A DNA stretch of 63,160 nucleotides, the filler included, from Octopus bimaculoides (Eukaryota), in NCBI RefSeq assembly GCF_001194135.2. It is 4 parts of 4 records of this genome, joined end to end, with 100 filler letters (N's around TTAATTAATTAA, not from the genome) between each part and the next. Parts side by side here need not be neighbours in the genome. Positions count along the whole stretch, not along the records: positions 1 to 29,959 come from NC_069001.1; 3 more parts are not named here. One strand, written 5' to 3'. Below, piece by piece: positions 12,201-24,243 of this stretch. How positions within the stretch are numbered: the stretch's first letter is position 1; the number at the start of each line of letters is the position of its first letter. Below the pieces are notes generated by a model. It ran no database searches, was not told where the DNA came from, and was given only the letters and a program-made list of their open reading frames with translations. A program made the position numbers and the translations under genes.

Positions 12201-15200
12201 ATTTCTTGTGGCTAAAGATTAGTGTTCTTTCCTCAACAGGACCAAAAGTTCCTTTAATCCTGTTTATTTGCCAACCACTTTAGATATTGCATTTAACTCT
12301 AGCATCAGTATTTGCGAGACTAAAGATTCTTAATTCACCATTCATTCAAAGCATCATGATGAAAGCAGTGAATAGAAAACAGGGTGATGGATTTGGGTGA
12401 GAGGTTGGTAGAGGTGGGAATAATGGAAGAGACAGTGTGTAGGAGGGAATAACTTAAAGAGATAGTAATTACACTTCCATTACTCAGCAAATTTTGGGAA
12501 AGAGATAGTGATAGCAGATACATGTTCCCTGGCAAGTGTGTGAGAGAGAGAGAGAATTTTTATGAACTGGATTGATATAGCACAACTATTGTGGAAGTGG
12601 AATCACAACTGGTGGATGTAGGATCATTTGGCTGATATTTGCAGATGTCATGGTGGTACTACTGTTGAGTGCTGCAAGGCAGGCATTTTACTGAATTATT
12701 TATCCTTTACATTTACTCCTGCTGTTGCTGTCATCACACTGCATCCAATATGTAGTATATAGTCTTCAATGCACTGGGTGCTTTTTATGTTGCACCATCA
12801 CCAGTGCTTTTTACATGGTACCATCCCCAGTGCTTTTTACATGGTACCAGCACCAGTGCTTTTTACATGGTACCAGCACCTATAAATACTTTTTATGTGG
12901 CACCTTGGTTTTAGGATCTCAATTCTGTTGTGATGAGTATGTCTTCTTGAGTAGATGAGTCTTTTAATAATGATAAGGGGTGGTGAATTAACAGAGTCAT
13001 TAAAGTATCAGGCAAAGTGCCTTTAAGCTGTCTGAGCTCATGAGTTCAAGTCCCACCAAGGTCAACTTTGCTATTCATCCTTTCAAGTAGGAAAGACAAA
13101 GTTGACCAAATAAAATCTAGTATTGGAGTCACTTCTTTTTTCCCTCTTTCCTTCTTTCTCTTTCTGGAAGAAATCTACTGTGGGCAGAGAGATTGACTGT
13201 CAGGTTCAGGTCTCTACGACAAAAATTGAGAATTCAAAGAAGAAACAACTGATGATGATGTTATATTGATCAGGACAATGATGATAATGGTGACACTATA
13301 TTCACTATATGTTAGGGGTAGTGTTTCTTTTTTGTTGTTGTTGGTGATGGTGGTGGATATAGTTGTGATGATACCAATGTTGTCATCTCTAATAATTGAA
13401 CTTGTTTTATTGTTGCAGCATGGCTGTTGATGGACCCTATGGTACACCTATTAAGGTAATGTCTAAAAATAACTCAAGTTATGATTCTGACTGCTATGTT
13501 CCCTTTAGTTTATACACACACATACATTTTTAAGGGTTCAGTTAAAGGGGAGAGAGAAGTGCCTGTGACCCTTTTTCAGAGTCTCTATGACTGTATGTAT
13601 GCATGCTATTATTTAGCTTTATTTCAAGATTTCTTTCCAATAGAGAAAGAATTGGTTTCTAACCTAGATCCAAGGCTCCTTCATGTATGTATGTGCAATA
13701 TTTGGAGTCAGTGCATGTGCAAATTTGCTTTATGAATCCATTCTCATGCATATAATTGCATGTCTAGGCATGTATGTATGTATGTATGTATGCATGCATG
13801 AATGCATGCATGCATTCATTCATTCATTCATTCATTCATTCATTCAAGCAAGCAGGCAAGCAAACGTTGTAGCAGTCTAATTTGGATGAGTATTGAAAGA
13901 GTTGATGACTCATAGCCTGTTGTTGGAGATGTTTTTTGACATCAAAATAATAACTCTCAAATGGTCAATTCTATAATGTGGTGGAGAAAGCAGGTGCTCT
14001 GTAGCTTACAAAACTATGTTTAAATCATCCTCTTTGCATAACTTAAATAAGGTGTGAGACCCATCAAGCAGAAGGTGTTCTATGTTGCTCTAAATAAAGT
14101 GGAAATGTCTAGTGGTGCCTGAACAAATCCTTTTGGAAGGAGCCCTCTGTTAGAGAGTACAATTAGACTTCTAATACATGCAACATCTTGATTTATAATG
14201 GAACGAAAGCAGACACTGGGAAATGGATTAAAGACAAACCTGATTTTAATAACTAAAAGAAAACAAAAAAATGGCATCCTATTGTCATGTTAGTTTCTGC
14301 TTCTCGTGGTACACTTCCTGAACACTTAGTACATGAATATTTCACCTTTCATATATACTTGTGTTTTTATCTTCGTTGCCTAAGTATATTTGCTTAAATG
14401 TGAGACTGCAGTTTCTTTTGACTATTATTTTATTGTTCTTAGTAAACAGAGTCTGTTATGCTGAGCCATTCCACTTCAGCTGGTTATAAGTCTGGCATGG
14501 AGTGGGATGAGATCCATCCGGCTGCTTTGATTTTGACATACTACATGAAGATAAATACTTGGTGGTGACCCAACAGCTTAGTGAAATAAATGGGACATAG
14601 AAAAAAATGAAAACCATGATTAAAAGATATAAAAATAAAATGAGCTAAGGGAAATAACTAAAGTGGCCAATGGCCTGAACATAGATAAATAAAGCGGAGG
14701 AGTATGTTCTAATAAATGTATGCAAAACATTCTCAAATGAAACATCTTCCTTAAAAAACGAAACCTTATAATAATTGTTAGTAACTCAAAGAAAAAAGAA
14801 TATAATTTCTAGAAATTGAGAATTAAACTCAAAATTAATTTACATGTTTAAATTAAAACTAACTAGTTGACTATTTCATATGCTTAATATTTCTGAAACA
14901 TCTTCCTTAAATTTTACTGTGGGTCAATTCTCAAGCAGTTTACATTGCCATAACACAATGAGCAGTTTTAGTTTTCATATCCTCTACCTAAGACATGTCA
15001 GTCTAGTTGCGGCTATTCTACTTTAAGCTATATTTACAGAAGTAACTACTTCCGCATTGGAAGCTTATAATACATTCAGAACTAACAGCACTAAACTGCA
15101 CCATTCATGGTGACTAAATGTCTTAACTATTAACAAAGCTAAGTCTCTTATCAACTCAACCTGCTCCAGTTTTGACACTGAACTACGTCTATATACTAAT

Positions 15201-16683
15201 CTCTCATAAGTATGACATATATTGGTTTCAAATTTTGGCACAAGGCCAGCAAGTTTGGGGGAGAGGGAAAGTCCATTACATCAAACTCCAGTACTCAACT
15301 GGTACCTGTTTTATTGATACTGAAAGGATGAAAGGCAAAGTTGACCTTGGTGGAATTTGAACTCAGAATGTACATACAGGCAAAATATCACTAAGTATTT
15401 TACCTGGCCTGCTAACGATTCTGCCAGCTTGCCATCTTAGAGTATGACATATATCGTTAGTTTGCAAAGATGACAGGTACGTCATGATATTTTTCATCGT
15501 ATAATGAGCATCTGTGCCATAGTTTTAAGCCCAGGATAAGTAATATTTTGTTCAGACATTTGTACAGTCGGTGTGTTGAAAAATATGTATAAATTCATAA
15601 GAGTGGTACAACAAGGTGGTACAAAATGGTGAAGTTGTTCCTCTGACAGTTATTTTCTTGCTGTTCTATATCGAAGCACATATCATGCTACAGTTTCTGC
15701 TTAGTGACTAAAACTTTCTGATGAAATTCACAGTATCTCTTAGCATTTGCTTACAAAATGATTGTCTTTGTCCTTGATACAGCATATTTCTCCTCATAAG
15801 CTGCCACTGCTTTGAAGCTTGTTTTTGTGAAGTTACATATATGATAAATTGTTTAATAATGAAATGAATTTCTTGAAAGTAATCATTTAGCCATTTTACT
15901 GAAGTGATGAAATAGAAGAAACTTACATGGACAGATAGTGTTGGTGTTACATGGCAAGAGATACAGACTGTTAAGTAGATACATAGAGGGAGACTAACAG
16001 ATAGATAGACAGAAAGATAGATATAGAATGACTAACAGACAAGTAAATAAAAAGACAAATAGATACACTGAGAAAAAGACAGATAGAAAAACAATTATAA
16101 ACAAGGGCAAAAGAAAAAAGATTTCTATGCTAATATGCTGAGAATAGACTTTAAATCGTCAATCACCACATTACAATATACATTCACTATGAATACACGT
16201 GCTGAAATCGAGGAAGACAAGCCAATAGAAAGACAGATAGGTTGATAGGTAGAGAGATAGATAAACAGACGAACACAGATTGACAGACAACTAGAGAAAC
16301 AGACAGACAGCTGAAGAAAGAGGGAGAGAGAGAGAGAGAGAGAGAGAGTTGGATAGATATGTAGCTAGGTAAATAGAAACACAGAAAGACAGACTAATAA
16401 ATATGTATGTAAACAAAAAGACAAAGAAACAGATACACAGATAGATAAATCTCAAAAGCAAACAAGGAAAAACCAATGCTTTTTGTAAGTTTACTTAAGA
16501 AAAGTTTCAGTATTGAAGTTCATATTTTTCCATGTCATAATAAGTTAGCTCAATAAGTTGTCTAAATGTTTTTAACGATCATGCTGAGGAATGTATATGT
16601 ACATATGTATGTACACATACATATATACAAAGAGAGAGACAGATAATGATATTGTCATATTTGTATATATTTATCTGTATGTG

Positions 16684-16732
<49 letters not shown>

Positions 16733-17846
16733 GAAAGAGAGAGAGATGGGGGAAGGGGTTGTGAACCAAACCAAACAAAAATTATTATAATGATAACTAA
16801 CAATAAAAAAGTGTACATTTGTTCAGACATTTGTACAGTCAGTGTGTTGAAAAATAGATCTTTAATTTGTTTTATTATTTTAGGATGTTTTTTGCTATGA
16901 TGTGGACATATTTATTGGAACAGGAATTGGTGTAACTCCATTTGCATCTGTACTAAGATACATTTGGTAAGTACAAACTCTATTAATATAAACACTGTTT
17001 TATAATATCATTAAAAGAAGATATTTTCACACTTAAACCTAAGAACTAGTTGGTTAAACAGTTGATGTTGCTCAACCACTATGTCCTCTGACTACTCCAA
17101 CATAAAAAGGAACTGTTTTTATCCAGCATGGCTATGTTGCATTCAACCTTTTAGCATTCACATTAGTCTGTCAAATATGTTTTCTTTTCATATTATTTTG
17201 AATTAATCATGCATTATCACATAGCTTCAAGATTTCAACGATGTGATTGTTTATTTTTAAAATGATAGTATCAAGTAGGTATGAAAGGCTGGTTCTGGCC
17301 AATTTGAGCATAACACAGGTAGAATATTTGGGCTGGATATGGCCTGATTAAATACTAAAAGGTTAAAGGAATATCTGTAGGGAACAACCATATATTATTG
17401 CTTCAGATCTAACACAGTTGAAACAAAAGTTTCAGTTTTTCAGTGATCCAAGAGTGTTATAGAAAGAAAATGTCATGGAAGTTGTGAGGGTAGTGGAGAA
17501 AACATCAAGATGCAGAAGGTAGGTTTGAGAAAAGCAAAAGTAGTTGGGGTCCTTTGGCAGAATCTGATGGTATTCATGTTTACAGTACAAAAGAAAGAAA
17601 GAAAAGAAAGGCTATACATATAGGCACAGGTGTGGCTGTGTGGTAAGAAGCTTCATCCCCAACTACATGATTCTGGGTTCCATTCCACTGCATGGTACTT
17701 TGGACAAGTGTCTCCTTAGGTAGACCGATAGTGCCAATAAAACTTAGTCGATGGTGCCATTGGTTGAGATACACTGATAGAGAGACAACCAGCCTTCTGA
17801 GTGGGTTTGGTAAACAGAAACTGAAGGAAGCCTGTCGTATACATAT

Positions 17847-17894
<48 letters not shown>

Positions 17895-17898
17895 GTAT

Positions 17899-17933
<35 letters not shown>

Positions 17934-20900
17934 CGCACACACATATAAATACATACATATATATATATAGATAAAACTTACTTGGAAAAGGATGCATGGC
18001 ATTTGATCATATAATAATATAAATAATATATAAATATATGCATATATCCATACATATATGTACTTACCTACATATATATGTATATATACATGCATATATG
18101 GGTACAGGACATGAAAAAAAACGTTAAACACAATGAGAAACGAAAACATAGAAAACAAACTTTTTTCGAAAAACGAAAAAAACAAATAGACAAGCCATGA
18201 GAAGAGACAATGGCAGAGTAGATGAAACAGGGACAACTGATGAAGGGGTATACTCTGTGAAATGAGATACAAAATAGGATACATTAAATATCAGAAACAT
18301 CTCAGGAGTATTTTGTGCCTAAGATGGTAGCAGTCCCTATCGGCCCCAAGGAAAATAGAAAAGAAAGAAATTAAAGATAATGGACAAACACAATATAATA
18401 CTGCACAAAGAAGGGATGATGGAAATATATTGAATATGTTACTAGAATTACTAAAGGAGTGGGTAAACTTTAAAAACAACATTTGTAGCTTGCAAAATTC
18501 TGAAAATCTAGTTGAGTAATAAGCGAAAAAACTACATCAAAGCTGAAATATATAATGGAGAATACTGTAAGACCTATGTAGTCATAGTACCGAATAGATT
18601 TCATAAGATACAAGATGAATTTGTGAGTATTAGAGATAGATAAAGCAGTAAAATTTACAGTTCTTAACTTTTGTTGCTTTTGGTTCCATATTTCAAATGA
18701 ATTTATATAACAAGAAACTCTGGAGTAGTGGTGTGATAGAGTTCAAACATCAGGTTCAAACATAAATCTAGCCACACACATACATATACATTTATACATG
18801 TATAATGTGAGGAAGATGTGACTAAAGAGGATGATTTAATGGTCATTGAGGATTAGGGTGGATGTATCTGTGTTAACTTTATTGCACTGTGTTCCTTGTA
18901 TAGCAGGATTAGCCTAAATGTAATCTCTACTGGATTCCCATTAAAGTGGTAAGAAACAACACATGTTAAAAACGATGATAAAATGCTAAAAATAGACAAC
19001 TGATCATGTTGTAGCCTTGTAGTCACAAATGTTTATAACTCATTGTTAAAGGTGTCCCCCCATAGTCATTGTTTACTTTTGATTTTAATCAGAAATATAT
19101 CAGATTTCTTTTTGCAATGACTTGAGCATGTAATGAACCCAATACTTTGTCTAGTAAAGGGGAAAGGCCTAGACTCTTTACAGTTGAGGAAACTATTGAT
19201 GGTATTTATTCTTTGAATAATGAGTTTATCCTTATGCAAAAAATTCCCCCTCCCTATATCACAAAATAAGGGGTGGGAGAATGTGCACTATTTTTCAAAT
19301 CCTGGCAGCAACATTGAAGCTGGAAGCAGGATTATAATCTAATTCTACACTTTATCACATTCAAGAATATAAAAAAGTTTTTAAGCACAACACAGGTGGT
19401 GTCTAAAAGAAACACTACCTTTCACCCAGCACTGTCATTCACACAGTGCTCTCTCTCCCTAGTGTGAAGCTTCCTATCTTGGACATGTTGTGTGCTTTGT
19501 TCAAGAACATAATGCAATGCCCAGTCTAGGAATCAAACCCACAATCTCACAGTCATAACCACTAAGCCATGCACCTTCACGCGTGCACACACACACGCAC
19601 AGGCCCCCTCCCCCACATATATATACATAGGTGCAGGAGTGACTGTGTGATAAGTAGCTTGCTTACCAATCACATGGTTCTGGGTTCAGTGTCTTCTACT
19701 ATAACCTTGGGCCAACCAAAAAGATGGAAGATACAAAAATCTGTATTGATCACTACAATTGTTTCAACAAATCTTGCATTGATCCCTCGTGGGGTCAAAT
19801 GCTAGATGGGTCAAAACAATTTACACTATATTCTGTATCTGTTTCTTTATGTATCTCATCTTTGTTATGAATCTTCTATAAGATTTCTATATAAAAAGAC
19901 CAAGAAAAAAACATGCAGTAATAAGTTGTGCAAAACAGAGTTTATTTTAATGAGATATCTCTTTAAATCACTTGAGGAGACACATCTACACTAAGAGATA
20001 CACCTAAACCAGTTGTACAGTATCTCATGCATGAGGGATTGATGCAAGATGGGTTGAAACAATTGTAGTAATCAATAAAGATTCTAGTATCTTCTATCCT
20101 CAGTCTCTCTCTCATTAATTACATACGACCAGGTGTATACCATATGATTTATTAAATACTATATATATATCAAGAGAGGAAAAGAGAAATTATTGGAAGT
20201 AAAGGGCTATTTGTGAAATATAGGTGATTACCTCAGTGCTCATGCAAACTCCAGGTTAACAGAAGGGAAACATAATCTAGAAAATAAAAAGTATTGTACA
20301 CAAGTTGAAAATCCAGGAAATGCCCTTCTGTTACAGAGTATAAAATAAAATAAATATCCTTTAATATTTCATGAACTTGGATAATCATTGTTTATGTATG
20401 TCCCAGCATGATTTAACTATCTCACCTATTGAAACAACTGTAACTGGATAACTAAACTGATACCAATATCTCTATTCCTTTAGTTGTTTTACACACACAC
20501 ACACATACAGGGTGTGATGAATAAATTGTCTAAATTATGCAAAAATGAAAATAATACTGACATCTCATTTTAGCAGATATATTTACCAAAATTACATAAA
20601 AATATCTTGAAATACTAATGAATAAAATTTATTCAATAAAATTGCCATTGATTTCAACCATGGCCTCCAGACAACTTTGGAATTTCCTGCAACTCTTCTG
20701 AATGGTCTCTTTGTTTAAGTTGGTGAATGCTGCTATAATTTTTGCCTTCAGTTCATCTTTGGCAAGGAGTTTTGTTGGTCTCTCACTCAACTGTGCCCCG
20801 CACATAATAATCAAGGGAGTTGCAGTCTGGGGAGTTAGGTGGCTAGATGTTGGGGTGATGTGCTCACAGAAATTGTCTGACAGCTTTGACTGGGTTCTTC

Positions 20901-23900
20901 TGCTTGTGTGAGATGGTGCAGAGTCCTGTTGCCAGACATAGGGTCTTCCAGCAGCCACCCTCTTGACCCAGAGCAGCACTATCTCCTCCAGGCTCTTGAT
21001 GTAGGCCTCCGAGTTGAGTCTGAGGCTGTGTGAGAAAATGAATGGAGCCATAACGTCACCATCACTAATGATCACTCCAAACACCATGATGTTGACTGGA
21101 TGTTTGATTTTTATCACTCTTGGTACATGTCCTCAGATTGACACCCAAACATTCTGAAATGTTTGTATTGGAGCTTCCAGCACAAATGCCAAGCAGTACA
21201 TTATGTTGTTTCCAAATTTCTGGCAGAATTGTGTCACGGTGCTGTTTTCTCACAGATGGTGCCCAACTGCCCCTACTATACTGTGTAGTCAACAAAATCA
21301 AAAACAAACAACGTGCATGCATAAAATAAAAAATATAAAATGGCGACAATTTACCCATTGCACCCTGTATGCAGACTGTCCTCATTTAATGACCTACTTA
21401 TTTAATGACCTACCTATTTAACGACCACTCAGAGTTACGACAAACTTTATGAGCCGTCATTACATATTTTACAAAATATAAAAACTTAAAAACTTTGACT
21501 GCCGTATTGTGCACTGTACGAGAACTGCCATCATGACGGCAGCACATCTCGAGCACCCAGCCTCACCCCCGCCATGCTCGCTTTCTCACTCTCCCCCCTG
21601 TGCTCAGCCAGGCAATGTAGTGATGCTCTCTGTACCTATTTTACTATTTCGTCTCTTTTTTCCATTATCTCTTGCACCCCATACTACAAGATGCCTCCAA
21701 AGAGGAAGAATACATCTTCACCTGTTGTCTGCCTTTCCAAGGTGGAAAGGCAGACAACTGAACTTTTCAGATGTTATCGAGGAATTTATGACAAAAAAAA
21801 GAAGATAACAAAACAAACAACACTGACGGGATTTTTCATGCATTTTGATGTCAAGAATGAGTTGCTTTTGTAATCTTTATCCAAAGTAAAACAAAGTTAT
21901 TATGTTTGAGTTTCCCTTAAACCTTTTCACCTTTTCTATATAATCCTGAGAAAAGTTTATTAGGCATCTTATGTACTGGGCCTGGAATCACAAACATACT
22001 TACGATGTCTGAGCTACAATAATGCAGTATCCATATCCTAACTTTTAAGGTTTTCCTTGTGATAATCTTACTGTTACTTATTCATTTTTCAACAATTTAT
22101 GTTAGTGATTCTTGGCCCTGTACTGGCATATACTTTATACAGTATGGTATTCTGTTTTTTATATGTACGTACAGTGCACTATACCTATAAAAAAAAATAC
22201 GTACCCTATGAATATTCGTTTAATGACAAATTTGCTTAATGATAGGGCTGTTGGAATGTAACTCAGTCATTAAATGAGAACAGTCTGTTTGTGTATATGT
22301 TCATTTTATATTTTTAATCCCTAAACAGCAAAGAAATTGAAAAACGGAATTTCAAGGAAGTCCTGAAAAAAGTTTACTTTTTTTGGATCTGCCCTCAAAC
22401 ACAAGCCTTTGAATGCTTCCAGGAACTTCTTGTGTCTTTAGAAATCATGCTTGAAAAGATGAATCAGAAAGAGTTCCTGAGTTACAACATCTACTTGACA
22501 CGTGGCTTAAATAAAAGCCAGGTAATACATCAGCTTTGCTATCTGCATGTTTAACATCATTATTGTTATGACAACCACCATTATCATCGTCATATATGTT
22601 CAGTATTTGACAGCAGTAATTATGTCCATCACATGTTGATAGTATGTTAAGCAATAATTGCCAGTGGTCGTAGGAGTGGCTGTATGGTAAGTAGCTTGCT
22701 TACCAACCACATGGTTCCGGGTTCAGTCCCACTGCATGGCACCTTGGGCAAGTGTCTTCCGCTATAGCCTCGGGCTGACCAAAGCATATATGTATGTGTG
22801 TGTATATGTTTGCGTGTCTGTGTTTGTCCCCCCAACCGATGCTGGTGTGTTTACGTCCCCGTAACTTAGCGGTTCGGCAAAAGAGACCAATAGAATAAGT
22901 ACTAGGCTTCCAAAGAATAAGTCTTGGGGTTGATTTGCTCGACTAAAGGCGATGCTCCAGCATGGCCACAGTCAAATGACTGAAACAAGTAAAAGAGTGG
23001 TTCGGTAGTTATGAATGATGTTGTGCTCTGTTCTTAACTAAAAGCTTTTACTCTCTTAGGTTGTCTATTTAATTATGAGGTGGTATTAAAAAGTTCCCAG
23101 ACTAGTTCTGTAGTGTGCCAACAAACGACAGCACATGATTGTGTGTACAGTGAAAGCTAGCAGTGACCTTCATTAGGCAGTGTGTTGAGTGGCGTTACCG
23201 TGTTTACTTTCCAAGTTGTGAAATTTGTGATTCTGTGATCACGTATATGCCGTAGTCTGCAATTTTATCATGGACAGGAAGTTGGAACAAAGAGCCAATG
23301 TGAAATTTTGCATTAAACTTAGGAAGTCTGCTACAGAGATATTGAGCATGCTTCGGCAAGTTTATGGCAATGAAGCAATGGGTCATATGCAATGTTTTGA
23401 GTGGCACAAGCATTTCAAAAGTGGAAGAACACCCCTGAAGGATGATGAGCAATCTGGAAGACCTGCCATGAGCATCGCACCCGGAAATGTGGTATTGTGC
23501 ATTGAGAATTCATTCCCCAGGGCCAGACCATCGATTGAGAGTTCTACTGTGACGCTTTGAAGCATTTGATGGGGGACATTGAGTGAAAGCAACCAGATCT
23601 GTGGAGCACAAAGAATTGGATTCTTCACAACCACAATGCACCCTGTAACCAAGCTCTCTTTACTTGTTAATTTCTCACCAAAAACAACATGGTATCACTT
23701 CCTCACCTGCTCAGTTTGCCAGATTTAGCACCTATGGACTTCGATCTCTTCCCCAAGATGAAAATGCAGCTCAGAGGTCGCTGTTTTAACACTGTTAAGA
23801 ACAATCACAGAAGGTCCTCAACTGACTTACAGAAAATGACTTCTAGGCCAGATTTCAAAAGTGGCAGGAATGCTGGGACCAGTGCATTGCTACACAAGGT

Positions 23901-24203
23901 GACTATTTCAAAGGAGATGGTGTTAAAACTTTGACAAATAAGTTATTTTTTATTAAATATAACTAGTCAGGGAACTTTTTAATACCACCTCATATAAATA
24001 GACACCATGGGTAGGTATAGTTTGTGGAAACAAGAAATTTCTCAAGTTTTTAAGCTGATTCTTTTTAGATATTTGTGTGGCTGTGTAGTAAGAAACTTGC
24101 TTCCCAGCCACATGGTACCTTGGGCAAGTGTCTTCTACTATAACCTTAGGTTGACCAAAGCCTTGGGAGTGAATTTGGTAGATGGAAGCTGAAAGAAGCC
24201 TGT

Positions 24204-24243
<40 letters not shown>

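Noticed and set aside
12778-12904. CRISPR-like appearance of the short repeat arrays (also 30482-30592)
   Set aside because: Head-to-tail units with no unique spacers and no cas genes, in a eukaryotic context.
17580-18284. 234-aa minus-strand ORF
   Set aside because: Low-complexity translation of microsatellites, an antisense SINE and an A-rich repeat.
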